Positions 42,734-55,969 of a stretch of 64,000 nucleotides of DNA are shown here, in pieces. The position numbers were made by a program, and so were the translations under genes. Each line of letters starts with the position of its first letter. Position 1 is the first letter of the stretch. Below the pieces are notes generated by a model, which saw nothing but the letters and a program-made list of their open reading frames with translations, made no database searches and was not told the origin of the DNA. The DNA lies in assembly GCA_027923505.1 (NCBI GenBank), contig BROI01000012.1, positions 62,001 through 126,000 of the forward strand, given 5' to 3'. Source of the DNA: Mayamaea pseudoterrestris. Its lineage: Eukaryota.

Positions 42734-45470
42734 ATGGCACTCTCACACGACGGCTTCCGGGCGGTCTACGAGAAAGCTCTACGCAAGGATGAGTACGTCG
42801 ACTGGAGTCCGCATACCGTTAATTATGCCGCCTTCAAGCAGACGCTGCGTCTCTTTGCCGGCCGACGATCCAAGCTACGCAATCTGCTGCGCGAGTCGAC
42901 GGATGATCGGATATCGGAGCAACAAATGAATGCAGTATTGCTTTTGCCTGAGACGGATCTGAATTCATCGCTACTATATGATACAGACTCTACTCGCATT
43001 CCTCTTGATATAACGACAAGATATGTTCCCATGTCGGATCAACAACATGACGACCATGATGAAATTGCCTCGCACGCTACCGACTCCTACTCATCATCCG
43101 GAGCGTCGCTGACCTCTGGCAAGCGCAAGAGTAAAGCCAGTGTCATGCGTCGCGTCAGCAGCTGCGAGCGAAAGGAAATGCTGCTCTTTTTGACGCGCGA
43201 GCTAGACAAGGCGCACGCCTTTTACGTGGTGCGCTGGCAAGGCTTGTCGCAGCGAATTGACGCCAAGGTAGCCTTGAAGGCTGGAACCTCAGAGCAGCTG
43301 GAGGAGCATCAAATGCTTGCATTTCCAAAGACGGATCTTGGTGACGATGTACTTGAGCTCTTTGCCTTTTGCGTCATTAATGTTTTAACCATTCGACAAG
43401 TGTTGATCCGATACGATGCCTTTGCACGAACCTTTGACGGTACACCCATGCTCAATTACTATATGAAAATGGCAATGAGACAGCCAACATCCTTTCGCAA
43501 ACTGCTCGAGCACGATGAACTTCAAGCGATTGCAGATCAATATAGCAATGACATGCACGGGTCGCCGTTGATGGGGCCGTTTGACAAGCAACGACTAGTC
43601 TTTACGGACATTTTAGTCTCATCGGAAATGGCGGAAAGCGTTGCGTCGACTGGACATGGTCGACTGACGGATACATTTATTCATACGATACGGAGCTGGT
43701 TCTTGTTGGGCGGCATTGAGGATCAGCTTGGATTTGAACCATCCTACTTGACCATGCGAGGACAGTCACTGACCAAGGAGATGGAGCAATTGGCCGAATG
43801 GAGAAAGAAGAGGCACGAGACTGTCCGGTTAACGGCTCCACCAAAAAAACTGAGCGGCATTCAAGTCTTTCACTTGACGCTCAACATGATTAGTGGCTTT
43901 CTCTATTGCATGAATTATTACATTGTGGAGCCTTCCAGTACTATGTATGTGAATCGACTGGGATCACACGATGCCATGTCTGGTACTTTGATTGGAATGA
44001 TGCCTTTGGTACGTGAAAAAAATTCAGCGAGTAAAGTTTATATTGCGACCCTGGCTGACGACGATTTTGTGACGTGTATATACAGGCCGCATTCTTTTCG
44101 AGCATTCCATATAGCATGTGGACGAACAAGTCGTTTCGACATCCGTTCCTAGTCTCGTGCATTCTCATGATTGTTGGAAATCTCATGTATAGTTTGGCTG
44201 ACAAGTACTCGAGGATTTGGGTTGCCCTGCTGGGGCGGTTCATCTGCGGGTTGGGAGCGCCAAAGTGCATTATACGTCGCTTCATGGCCGACACGACGCC
44301 AGTCGCCATGCGCACCAGCGTGAATGCAGCATTCGGCATGGTGGTTGCTGCTGGGTCAGCCATGGGGCCAGCCATGGCAGTCATGCTGAGTGGCATTGAG
44401 TATACCTACTATATGCCGCACTATGGATTCATATTTTTCAACGGTTTGACCATGCCGGGCTATCTCATGGCTGGGCTCTGGATTACATTTTCCATCATTG
44501 TGCTGTCAACGTTTGAGGAACCTGATCGAGAGGGACTGGCCGAGCAAAAGGAGATGGAGCAGCTTGGTGCTATTCCTGGCAGTCCGAGTTCTGCGACGCA
44601 TGGCATGCTCGGTTCTCGCGTCGGCGACGAGGAGACGGTTGTCAGCAATGATATGCTGGACTATGCGTCGGCATATCAGCCATCCATGAAGACTTTTGAA
44701 ACGCCGCCACAATCTCGCCTGCCGCAATGGATGCAGGATGTCAGTCATTTTGCCAGCCTCGTCACCTTTCCAGTGCGAATATGTCTATTCTTACTGCTCT
44801 GCAAGGTATTTACGATTGAGTCGCTTGTGAGTGCAACGTCGGTGCTTTCGAAGAATCGATACAAGTGGAAGGTGAAGCAAGTTGGAACGCTTGGCTTTGC
44901 TAATGGCATGATGGTTATTCCGTTTTCCATCATGGTCGGTCGACTTTCCATGTCCTATCAGGACCAAACGCTGATGAAGATGTTAGTCGGCATGGGATGT
45001 ATTGGTCTCTTCCTCCTCATTGACATCTCGGATCTAATGGGCACGCCAACAAATGATTACAATCAGGGAGACCCGCTCGCTGTTTCGCCAACGCGATTCA
45101 TCTCAGGCTACTTGATTTCGTACTTGTCAATTCAGTCGTTCGAGGGAGTGATCGGGTCGACGCTCAGCAAAGTTATCCCTACAGCGCTAGCGTCTGGAAC
45201 GCTGAACTCTGGTCTATTGTACGTGCTGATGTTGCGCTGGTCGCTTAAGTCCTGTCCACCACACTTATACTCACGTCTTGCGTTTATGTCGTGTCTCGCA
45301 GGGCTACATTGGTGGATACTGGTGGCCGAGCCTGCGGAGACTTGTTTATTTCGGCCATGGGCTTTATCAGCTTGCGTCAACTGATAAACTTGCTGTTCAT
45401 ACCGGCATTTTTCATTATGCTGACTTGTCTGATTGTCATTGAGCGCTATCGCGACTTGCTATCTGTGTAA
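42734..45470 (+). CDS. SPX-MFS protein, putative vacuolar phosphate transporter (exons 42734-44008, 44086-45218, 45302-45470)
   Basis: SPX-like VNYAAFKQ and FCVINVLTIRQVLIRYD; MFS helices FLYCMNYYIVEP, LLGRFICGLG, VNAAFG..VAAGSAMGP. Two GTACGT...CAG introns restore the frame and give a C-terminus LATLVDTGGRACGD...RDLLSV. Confidence 0.88.
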
Positions 45471-45550
45471 CGAACGTATCCAAGTGACCGCATCTGCTAT
45501 TAGTTTTTGTCTATAAAGTTTTATGTTATATGGTGCAGTAAAAGTAAACG

Positions 45551-46300
45551 TTAGCATACTCGTCTATTCCTAGCACGAGCTTCCTCCTTGCGCCTTTGCG
45601 ACTGTTCGGCAAAGGCATGCCACTGCTGCACCATGAAATCGAGCGGTCGCATAATGACCTTGTAAATATCGTCGTCGTCTTCCACCTTTCTTAAGACGAG
45701 TCCAATGCACTCGGCGGTGGAAAGATGCTGGTCGGAGGGCGGCGTGCGAATGTCAAAGCGTCGCGGCCGCACATGCTTCAAATCCAATTCATCCAGTTGG
45801 ACGCGCTGTACATGCGGAGGAAAGATGCTAGCTTTTAGCATTTCGCGAGCAAACTTCCATGTCGCGTCAATAAATAGTAGAGACACTGGTGTTGATGGTG
45901 ATTGCAAGGTTTCGTTGGAGTCTGATGGAAAAGTTTCGCTCGGTGTTTTGTTTTGGTTGCCTCGAAGGTTCATGATTGCTTGCGAAAGCGAAATGGCATC
46001 TGCACCCGGATAAACGAGCCATAGCGGCGTTTCCAGCTTGTCCAATACTCTATAAAAGTCGTCCTTTTCAGTCAATTTCCGTGCAATGAGCACCTGAACA
46101 TGCTTGGTATCCAAGCACAATTCAACAAAGGGAAGCGATCTATTCTGCATTCGTGTTTCATGGGGATGCTGCAATACGAAGACGTTGCAGTTCTTCAATT
46201 CAATTTGGATAATAGGAAGACATGAACATATGCAAGCTGTCGGAGTTGGTCGGTCGCAGCGCGGACAGATGAGACGCTTCGCCTTGATAGGCTTCTCCAT
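45551..46300 (-). CDS. DTW domain protein (tRNA-uridine aminocarboxypropyltransferase, DTWD2-like)
   Basis: CPRCDRP...CIC zinc site, LQHPHE, LVYPG, FIDATWKFA, LSTAEC. Confidence 0.92.
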   Translation of the reverse strand: MEKPIKAKRLICPRCDRPTPTACICSCLPIIQIELKNCNVFVLQHPHETRMQNRSLPFVELCLDTKHVQVLIARKLTEKDDFYRVLDKLETPLWLVYPGADAISLSQAIMNLRGNQNKTPSETFPSDSNETLQSPSTPVSLLFIDATWKFAREMLKASIFPPHVQRVQLDELDLKHVRPRRFDIRTPPSDQHLSTAECIGLVLRKVEDDDDIYKVIMRPLDFMVQQWHAFAEQSQRRKEEARARNRRVC

Positions 46301-46898
46301 GGTCGCTGCTGTGTTGATGGCGTTTTGATGATCGCATGAAACTGTCGCACCGAGACGATTTTATTGCGCTGCGACATACAGCTCTAGAACGAAAGATCCA
46401 TCACCAAACTGTTACTCCTTGCCTTGCTACCAAACGACGAGTCTTCAGTACACATCAACACTTGAAGAGATAAAGTGAATCAATATCTAGGCTGTGATAT
46501 GTCTTGTTTACCATCACTGAATAAACAACAACAGCACAAGAGCATGCCGAGCAGTCAAATACTATCCCAGCCAAAATAACACCATCTAGGGAGATCCAAT
46601 TCCCTTAATCTTGGAAAAAAGCATGCAGGATTTTGGTGTAATGTTTCATCAAAGTCCTTTTGCAACATTCTACCACTACGAATAAGTAAATCAACTGGCA
46701 ACCGGTACTCATGGAATGAGTGAATGAGGCTCAAAATTAAACCCTGACACTATATACACATAGGTCTCCAAAGCGGCACTCCAAGCATGGTTGGCTGCCT
46801 GCCTGCCCTCTGTGTGCCAGTGCCAGAGCATGGCAAGAAAAGGGCTGTATTGTTTCTCCTCATGAAATCTCCTGCTGCACAATGAGGCTAAAAAAAAT

Positions 46899-49800
46899 CC
46901 ATCTGCCTAGAAGGCGCCACTGGCGCAGCAACGGAGCATCCTACAAGTACCTGCATGGCCAAACCCTTGTCCCATATGTTCATTATTTGGTCTGGTAAAA
47001 TCCCACCATGGCATCCAAGTAGCTCTGTGACGGCGAGAAGGAAAATCCTTCTGAGCGCCAGTTGAAGGGCCATCTGCCTTGAAGGGGCCACTGGTGCACC
47101 AATGGAGCATCCTATGAGCACCTGCATGGCCAAAGCCTTGTCCTGTATGTTCATTTGGTGTGGGGAAACCCCTCCATGGCATCCAATAGCTTAGTGACAG
47201 TGAGAAGGAAAATCCTTCTGAGCGCCAGTTGAAGGACCATCTGCCTAAAAGGCGCCACTGGTGCACCAAGGGAGCATCCTATGAGCACCTGCATGGCCAA
47301 ACCCTTGTCCCATAAGTTCATTGGGTCTGGTGAAACCCCGCCATGGCATCCAAGTAGCGCAGTGATGGCGAGAAGGAAAATCCTTCTGAGCGCCAGTTGA
47401 AGGGCCATCTGCCTTTAAGGCGCCACTGGTGCACCAATGGAGCATCCTATGAGCACCTGCATGGCCAAACCCATGTCTGGTATGTTCATTTGGTCTGGTG
47501 AAACCCCGCCATGGCATCCAAGTAACTCAGTGACGGCGAGAAGGAAAATCCTTCTGAGCACCACTTCAAGGGTCATCTGTCTAGAAGGTGCCACTGGTAC
47601 ACCAACAGAGCATCCAATGAGCACCTGCATGGCCAAACCCTTGTCCGTTATGTTCATTTGGTGGGGTGAAGCCCCTCCATGGCATCCAAGTAGCTCAGGG
47701 ATGGCGAGAAGGAAAATCCTTCTGAGCGCCAGTTGAAGGCCATCTGCCTTGAAGGCGCCACTGGTGCACCAGTGGAGCATCCTATGAGCACCTGCATGGC
47801 CAAACCCTTGTCCCATATGTTCATTGGGTCTGGTGAAACCCCGCCATGGCATCCAAGTAGCGCAGTAATGGCGAGAAGGAAAATCATTCAGAGCGCCAGT
47901 TGAAGGACCATCTGCCTAAGGACCAACGCAACTCACCACTGCCTAAAGGCGCCACTGGTGCACAAATGGAGCATCCAATAAGCACCTGCATGGCCAAACC
48001 CTTGTCCCAAATGACCATTCGGTCTGGTGAAACCCGGCCATGTCATCCAAGTTACTCAGTGACGGTGAAAAGGAAAATCCTTCTGAGCGCCAGTTGAAGG
48101 GCCATCTGCCTAGAAGGCACCACTGGTGCACCAATGGAGCATCCAATGGGCACCTGCATGGCCAAACCCTTGCCCCGTATCTTCATCTGACTGGTGAAAC
48201 CCCGCCATGGCATCCAAGTAGCTCAGTGACGGCGAGAAGGAAAATCCTACTAAGCGCCACTTGAAGTGTCATCTGCTTAGAAGGCGCCACTGGTGCATTA
48301 ATGGAGCATCCAATGAGCACCTGCATGGCCAAATTCTTGTCCGATATGTTCATTTGGTGTGTTGAAACCCCTCCATGGCATCCAAGTAGCTCAGTGACGG
48401 CGAGAAGGAAAATCCCTCTGAGCGCCAGTTGAAGGGCCATCTGCCTAGAAGGCGCCACTGGTGCAGCAACGGAGCATCCAATGAGCACCTGCATGGCCAA
48501 ACCCTTGTCCCATATGTTCATTTGGTGTGGTGAAACCCCGCCATGGCATCCAAGTAGCTCAGTGATGGCGAGAAGGAAAATCCTTCTGAGCGCCAGTTGA
48601 AGGCCATCTGCCTAGAAGGCGCCACTGGTGCACCAATGGAGCATCCTATGAGCACCTGCATGGCCAAACCCTTGTCCGGTATGTTCATTTAGCGTGGTGA
48701 ATGCCCTCCATGGCATCCAAGTAGCTCAGTGATGGCGAGAAGGAATATCCTTCTGAGCACCAGTTGAAGGGCCATCTGCCTAGAAGGCGCCACTGGTGCA
48801 CCAATGGAGCATCCAATGAGCACCTGCATGGCCAAACCCTTGTCCCATATATTCATTTGGTGTGGTAAAACCCCATCATGGCATCCAAATAGCTCAGTGA
48901 TGTCGAGAAGGAAAATCCTTCTGAGCACCAGTTGAAGGCCGTCTACCTAGAGGGTGCCACTGGCGCAGCAATGGAGCATCCAATGAGCACCTGCATGGCC
49001 AAACCCTTGCCCCATATGTTCATTTGGTGTGGTGAAACCCCGCCATGGCATCCAAGTAGCTCAGTGACGGTGAGAAGGAAAATTCTTCTGCGCCTCAGTT
49101 GAAGGCCATCTGCCTAGAGGGTGCCACTGGCGCAGCAATGGAGCATCCAATGAGCACCTGCATGGCCAAACTCTTGTCCCATATGTTCATTTGGTGTGGT
49201 AATACCCCGCCATGGCATCCAAATAGCTCAGTGACGGCGAGAAGGAAAATCCGTCGGAGTGCCAGTTGAAGGGCCATCTGCCTAGAAGGCGCCTCTGGTG
49301 CACCAACGGAGCATCCAGTGAGCACCTGCATGGCCAAACCCTTTTCCCATATGCTCATTTGGTGTGGTGAAACCCCTCCATGGCATCCAAGTAGCTCAGT
49401 GATGGCGAGAAGGAAAATCCTTCTGAGCCCCAGTTGAAGGGCCATCTGCCTAGAGGGTGCCACTGGCGCAGCAATGGAGCATCCAATGAGCCCCTGCATG
49501 GCCAAACTCTTGTCCCATATGTTCATTTGGTGTGGCGAAACCGCGCCATGGCATCAAAGTAGCTCAGCCCGCCATGGCATCCAAGGAGCTCAGTGACGGC
49601 GAGAAGGAAAATCCTTCTGAGCGCCCCTTCAAGGGTCATCTGCCTAAAAGGCGCCACTGGTGCACCAATGGAGCATCCTATGAGCACCTGCATGGCCAAA
49701 CCCTTGTCCGGCATGTTCATTTAGCGTAATGAATGCCCTCCATGGCATCCAAGTAGCTCAGTAATGGCGTGAAGGAAAATCCTTCTGAGCGCCAGTTGAA

Positions 49801-52800
49801 GGGCCATCTGCCTAGAAGGCGCCACTGGCGCAGCAATGGAGCATCCAATGAGCACCTGCATGGCCAAACCCTTGTCCGATATGTTCATTTGGTCTGGTGA
49901 AACCCCGCCATGGCATCCAAGTAGCTCAGTGATGGCGAGAAGGAAAATCCTTCTGAGTGCCAGTTGAAGGCCATCTGCCTAGAGGGTGCCACTGGCGCAG
50001 CAATGGAGCATCCAATGAGCACCTGCATGGCCAAACTCTTGTACCATATGTTCATTTGGTGTGGTGAAACCCCGCCATGGCATCCAAGTCGCTCAGTGAT
50101 GGCGAGAAGGAAAATCCTTCCGAATGCCAGTTGAAGGGCCGTCTGCCTAGAGGGTGCCACTGGCGCAGCAATGGAGCATCCAATGAGCACCTGCACAGCC
50201 AAACCCTTGTCCCGTATGTTCATTTGGCGTGATAAATGCCGTCCATGGCATCCAAGTAGCTCAGTGACGGTGAGAAGGAAAATCCTTCTGAGCGCCAGTT
50301 GAAGGCCATCTGCCTAGAAGGCGCCACTGGTGCACCAGTGGAGCATCCTATGAGCACCTGCATTGCCAAACCCTTGTCCCGTATGCTCATTTGGTCTGGT
50401 GAAACCCTACCATGGCATCCAAGTAGCTCAGTGATGGCGAGAAGGAAAATCCTTCTGAGCGCCACTTCAAGGGCCATCTGCCTTGAAGGTGCCACTGGTG
50501 CACCATTGGAGCATCCAATGAGCACCTGCATGACCAAACCCTTGTCCCATATGTTCATTTTGGTGTGTTAAACCCCGCCATGGCATCCAAGTAGCTCAGT
50601 GACGGCGAGAAGGAAAATCCTTCTGAGCGCCACTTCACGGGTCATCTGCCTAGAAGGTGCCACTGGTGCACCATTGGAGCATCCAATGAGCACCTGCATG
50701 GCCAAACCCTTGTCCCATATGCTCATTTGGTGTGGTTAAACCCTGCCATGGCATTCAAGTAGCTCAGTGACAGCGAGAAGGAACATCCTTCTGAGCGCCA
50801 GTTGAAGGCCATCTGCCTAGAAGGCACCACTGGTGCACCAATGGAGCATCCAATGAGCACCTGCATGGCCAAACCCTTGTCCCATATGTTCATTTGGTGT
50901 GGTGAAACCCCGCCATGGCATCCAAGTAGCTCAGATACGGCGAGAAGGAAAATCCTTCTGAGCGCCAGTTGAAGGGCCGTCTGCCTAGAGGGTGCCACTG
51001 GCGCAGCAATGGAGCATCCAATGAGCACCTGCATGGCCAAACCCTTGTCCCATATGTTCATTTGGTGGTGTAATACCCCGCCATGGCATCCAAGTAGCTC
51101 AGAGATGGCGAGAAGGAAAATCCTTCTGAGCGCCAGTTGAAGAGCCATCTGCCTGGAAGGGGCCACTGGTGCACCAACGGAGCATCCAATGAGCACCTGC
51201 ATGGCCAAACCCTTGTCCCATATGTTCATTTGGTGTGGTATTACCCCGCCATGGCATCCAAATAGCTCAGTGACGGCGAGAAGGAAAATCCTTCGGAGTG
51301 CCAGTTGAAGGGCCACCTGCCTAGAAGGCGCCTCTGGTGCACCAACGGAGCATCCAGTGAGCACCTGCATGGCCAAACCCTTTTCCCATATGCTCATTTG
51401 GTGTGGTGAAACCCAGCCATGGCATCCAAGTAGCTCAGTGACGGCGAGAAGGAAAATTCTTCTGAGCCCCAGTTGAAGGCCATCTGCCTAGAGGGTGCCA
51501 CTGGCGCAGCAATGGAGCATCCAATGAGCACCTGCATGGCCAAACCCTTGTCCCGTATGTTCATTCGGTCTTTTGAAACCCCTCCATGGCATCCAAATAG
51601 CTATGTGATGGCGAGAAGGAACATCCTTCTGAGCGCCCCTTCAAGGGTCATCTGCATAGAGGGTGCCACCGGCACAGCAATGGAGCATCCAATAAGCACC
51701 TGCACAGCCAAACCATTGTCCATATGTTCATTTGGTGTGGTGAAAACCCCGCCATGACATCCAAGTAGCTTAGTGATGGTGAGAAGGAAAATCCTTCTGA
51801 ACGCCAGTTGAAGAGCCATCTGCCTGGAAGGGGCCACTAGTGCACCAACGGAGCATCCAATGAGTACCTGCATGGCCAAACCCTTGTCCCATATGTTCAT
51901 TTGGTGTGGTAAGACCCCGCCATTGCATCCAAATAGCTCAGTGACGGCGAGAAGGAAAATCCTTCTGAGCGCCAGTTGATGGGTCATCTGTCTAGAAGGC
52001 GCCACTGGTGCATTAATGGAGCATCCAATGAGCACCTGCATGGCCAAACCCTTGTCCCATATGTTCATTTGGTGTGGTGAAACCCCACCATGGCATCCAA
52101 GTAGCTCAAGGATGGCGAGAAGGAAAATCCTTCTGAGCACCAGTTGAAGGGCCATCTGCCTAGAGGGTGCCAATGGCACAGCAATGGAGCATCCAATAAG
52201 CACCTGCACAGCCAAACCCTTGTCCCATATGTTCATTTGGTGTGGTGAAACCCCGCCATGACATCCAAGTAGCTCAGTGATGGCGAGAAGGAAAATCCTT
52301 CTGAGCGCCAGTTGAAGGGCCATCTGCCTGGAAGGGGCCACTGGTGCACCAACAGAGCATCCAATGAGCACCTGCATGGCCAAACCCTTGTCCCATATGT
52401 TCATTTGGTGGTGTAATACCCTGCCATGGCATCCAAGTCGCTCAGTGACGGCGAGAAGGAAAATCCTTCTGAGCGCCAGGTGAAGGGCCATCTGCCTAGA
52501 AGGCGCCTCTGGTGCAGCAACGGAGCATCCAATGAGCACCTGCATGGCCAAACCCTTGTCCCATATGTTCATTTGGTCTGGTGAACCCCCGCCATGGCAT
52601 CCAAGTAGCTCAGTGATGGCGAGTAGGAAGCGCCAGGTGAAGGGTCATCTGCCTAGTAGTTGCCACTGGTGCACCAATGGAGCATTCTATAAGTACCTGC
52701 ATGGCCAAACCCTTGTCCCATATGTTCATTTGGTCTGGTGAAACCCCGCCATGACATCCAAGTAGCTCAGTGACAGTGAGAAGGAAAACCCTTTTGAGTG

Positions 52801-53164
52801 CCAGTTGAAGGGCCATCTGCCTTGAAGGCGCCACTGGTGCACCAATGGAGCATCCAATGAGCACATGCATGGCCAAACCCTTGTCCCATATATTCATTTG
52901 GTGTGGTAAAACCCCGCCATGGCATCCAAGTAGCTCAGTGATGACGAGAAGGAAAATCCTTCTGAACACCAGTTGAAAGCCATCTGCCTACTGGTAGAAG
53001 GCGCCACTGGTGCACCAATGGAGCATCCTATGAGCACATGCATGGCCAAACCCTTGTCCCATATGTCCATTTGGTCTGGTGAAACCCCGCCATGGCATCC
53101 AAGTAGCTCAGTGATGGCAAGAAGGAAAATTTCTTTGAGCGCCAGTTGAAGGGCCATCTGCCTT
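46899..53164. repeat. 168-bp tandem satellite (family D), ~37 units
   Basis: Unit CCATCTGCCTAGAAGGCGCCACTGGTGCACCAATGGAGCATCCAATGAGCACCTGCATGGCCAAACCCTTGTCCC...; 56-codon periodicity in the ORF track. Confidence 0.98.
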
Positions 53165-53610
53165 CTGCAGGATGGGTGTGGCCAACACCCAAAGTTATGG
53201 AATTACACCACTAGGATGCCCCATGCCCTGGCCACCCAACAACCCAATGAGTCAGGCAAAACATGTCCAGGTTGTGCCATTGACTAGACGATGGTCTCTA
53301 ATGGTGCAAAACGGACTGCCGGGAAGCCTACACCATGGAATGGTCTGCAGGATGCGTGTGGCCAACACCCCAAGTTGTGGAACCATACCACCACGATGCC
53401 ACATGCTGTGGCCACTCATCGGCTTAATGAGTCAGGCAAAACCAGTCCAGGGGGTGCCATTGACACGAGCATGGTCTCATATGGTGCAAAAAGGATTGCC
53501 TCGAAGCCTACTCCATGGAATGGTGTGCAGGATGGGTGTGGCCAACATTCCAAGTTATGGAATCATACCATTAGGATGCCCCATGCCCTGGCCACTCAAT
53601 GGCCCAATGA
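53165..53610. repeat. 180-bp tandem repeat (family E), ~2.5 diverged units
   Basis: (C/G)TGCAGGATG(G/C)GTGTGGCCAACA at 53165, 53345 and 53525. Confidence 0.9.
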
Positions 53611-55098
53611 AAAAACAAGTACTTTGCAAAAGTACCCGCTTTCGTGAATAAGACGGCTGCCTCTGCTATGCCTTTGCTATCTGCAAAGGCAAGTGATGAC
53701 GACGTATGGAATGGAATGGCCAGTCATAGGAAAGTATATTTTATAAGTTAGACAAGTTTTACATCAAAGATTTGTTGCTAGAAAAGTTTTAACAACCTCT
53801 CGGACAATCTGCGTGGGGAAATAAAAGGTGCGGTGCGTAGGTCGCCCGACCGTGTATGCGAGACATACACTGGTTGTCGCAAGAGAGTTTGTACATCATC
53901 TGCGTGAGTTCAGATAAGACACCAACTAACCTGGTACCAGTTGATGCCACGGATAGGACTACATTCAACTTGTGAGCTCACGCTGACATTGTTCTTCGAC
54001 CAAGTTCTGTATGTGTATTCGTACGCACCAGTTTTATTCAGTAAAAAGAAAGCCAAGTCTATCAGTCATGAATGCTAGCAGTGGCTCCGCAACAGCCAAT
54101 GCGCCATGCACACTGGTCATCTCAACGTCGGCCAGGTTGTTTGTTTCTTTTTCTCTATTCCGGCTGAGAATGACTAAGCTTGATCGCAATCCGTAGAGTT
54201 TGTTTTTGTCAAGCCGCTACTGATGAGCCTACGCCATAAGCAGCATGGCTTTTTATCCATTCTGCAGACTGGGAGGTATGCGACTCAACAAAGACGATCC
54301 ATGTCCGTCAATATTTTGCAGATTGGTGAGTGAAGCAGCGACACTTCTTCGTCGCATTCGAACTTGCCGTATTGCTAAAAACATAGGGCGGAAGCAAGGC
54401 AGCGACTTTAGAAGCAACGTCAACAGTCCGTTACGCTCCACTTTCGACGTTTAAAATTTACGACGCAACGTTATTTCGTCTTGAACGTTGTTCCGCATTC
54501 ATTCTACTCCTGATAGGGTCGGCAGTCGGCAGTCAATGATCGATGTGAAATCATAGCGTTGAGTGGTGCATGGTAATCTAATCACATTCCTTGTCCCTGG
54601 CTGATCAAGCTTTTGCAACTCCGCTGCAATAATGGCACGAGCACGCTGCCTTGTCCATTTTAAACGCTATAAATGGCGGCCAAACCAGAGGTCGCAGTTG
54701 TGTCTTGGTCATGGTGCGTCACCAATTGGGATATACGCGCAGAGTGCAGGGTTCAAACATCATGGTACATGCAGCCTTTATCATTTTATTTCGGTGACCC
54801 AATTGTTCATTGCGCACAAGGCATCGAGAACTGCGACTTCTGTTTTGACAAGCGCCAACATCGCTCACAGCTTCCGTCTCGTCACTCGTCGACCATGTCG
54901 TCTTCCACTGTTGATAGATGGCATGTATTCATGCTCGCCGGGACCAGCCGCAGGCCGAATACTTTATTCCATGATATGGTACGACACCTTCTAAAGGCCT
55001 ATCGAAATAAGGTAGCAAGAAATGGAAGCGTCTTATCGACGGTGAGTTCATGGTCGTGACGGAAGTTGCGAGAAATGATCAGAAATCCAATGATGGCC

Positions 55099-55274
55099 AC
55101 GTCATAAGGCAATAGTACGAAACGAGTGCCAGTGTCAATTACGTCACGTGGCAGTAGTACGAAACGAGTGCCAGTGAGAACGAAGCCAAAGGCAATAGTA
55201 TGAAACGAGTGCCAGTGAAAACTGCGTCAGTAAGGCCATAGTATGAAACGAGTGCCAGTGTAAACTGCGTCATC
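55099..55274. repeat. 42-bp minisatellite, ~4 units (same family as 42075-42441)
   Basis: GAAACGAGTGCCAGTG core every 41-42 nt. Confidence 0.92.
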
Positions 55275-55969
55275 TCGATTATGACCTTCTTGGAAGGAAG
55301 TTCTCTACCGGTATTCTTGCCCTTTGGATCCTGGCTCGTCATTCTCCATCGTTCGACTTGCTCACGCCTCGTCTCGCACCTGACCAAGACAGTTGCAGAT
55401 CATACACATTCTAAGCTCCTAGGCATACTAATCATGATTTTATTGATCCCGTTTTTGCCGCTCATGAAACTTGCCTTTTTAATGTCTGGTTGATCAGTGC
55501 CAAGGGTCGCCCATCTTGTCCGACAGCCGGACTCCGACTGCCAAAACCTTGTTTGCATCACTCTGCAACTTGTAAACTTGTCCTTGAATAAATCGATAAC
55601 AAGACGAAGCAGGAAAAAGAGTTGGAGCTGCCGATGGAGCTGTTCATTTGATGATACTAATAGTTACAAGACAATACTGTCAGAAGTTGACCAACCTGGC
55701 AAAATGTTTTTACGAGTGCGTTATGATCGACGAGTCCAAGTTCAAAAACAATATAAAGGCAAGGTTGTTTATATGTCTGAGAAATGCAGGATGACCTTGC
55801 CTCTTTTGAAAATGGGTTTCCTCCGCCGTCGTCATGGCGCATCGGACTACGTGGAGCAAGCACAGAGGCAGCCATACCGGTAAAACTAGCTTCTGATATA
55901 ATAGTCAGTTATAATCTTGAACTTTGAACAATCATTGATTGATTCAATAACAAGCACGGCCAATACGTA

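Noticed and set aside
46888..53157. Long minus-strand ORFs of 56-aa repeats (up to 323 aa) in the 168-bp array
   Set aside because: The unit length is a multiple of 3, and frequent 1-bp indels break the frame, which argues against coding selection.
53700..55900. Short ORFs between the satellite and the PPPDE gene, and at 57900-58700
   Set aside because: No recognisable motifs and multiple stops; possibly decayed genes but not supportable.
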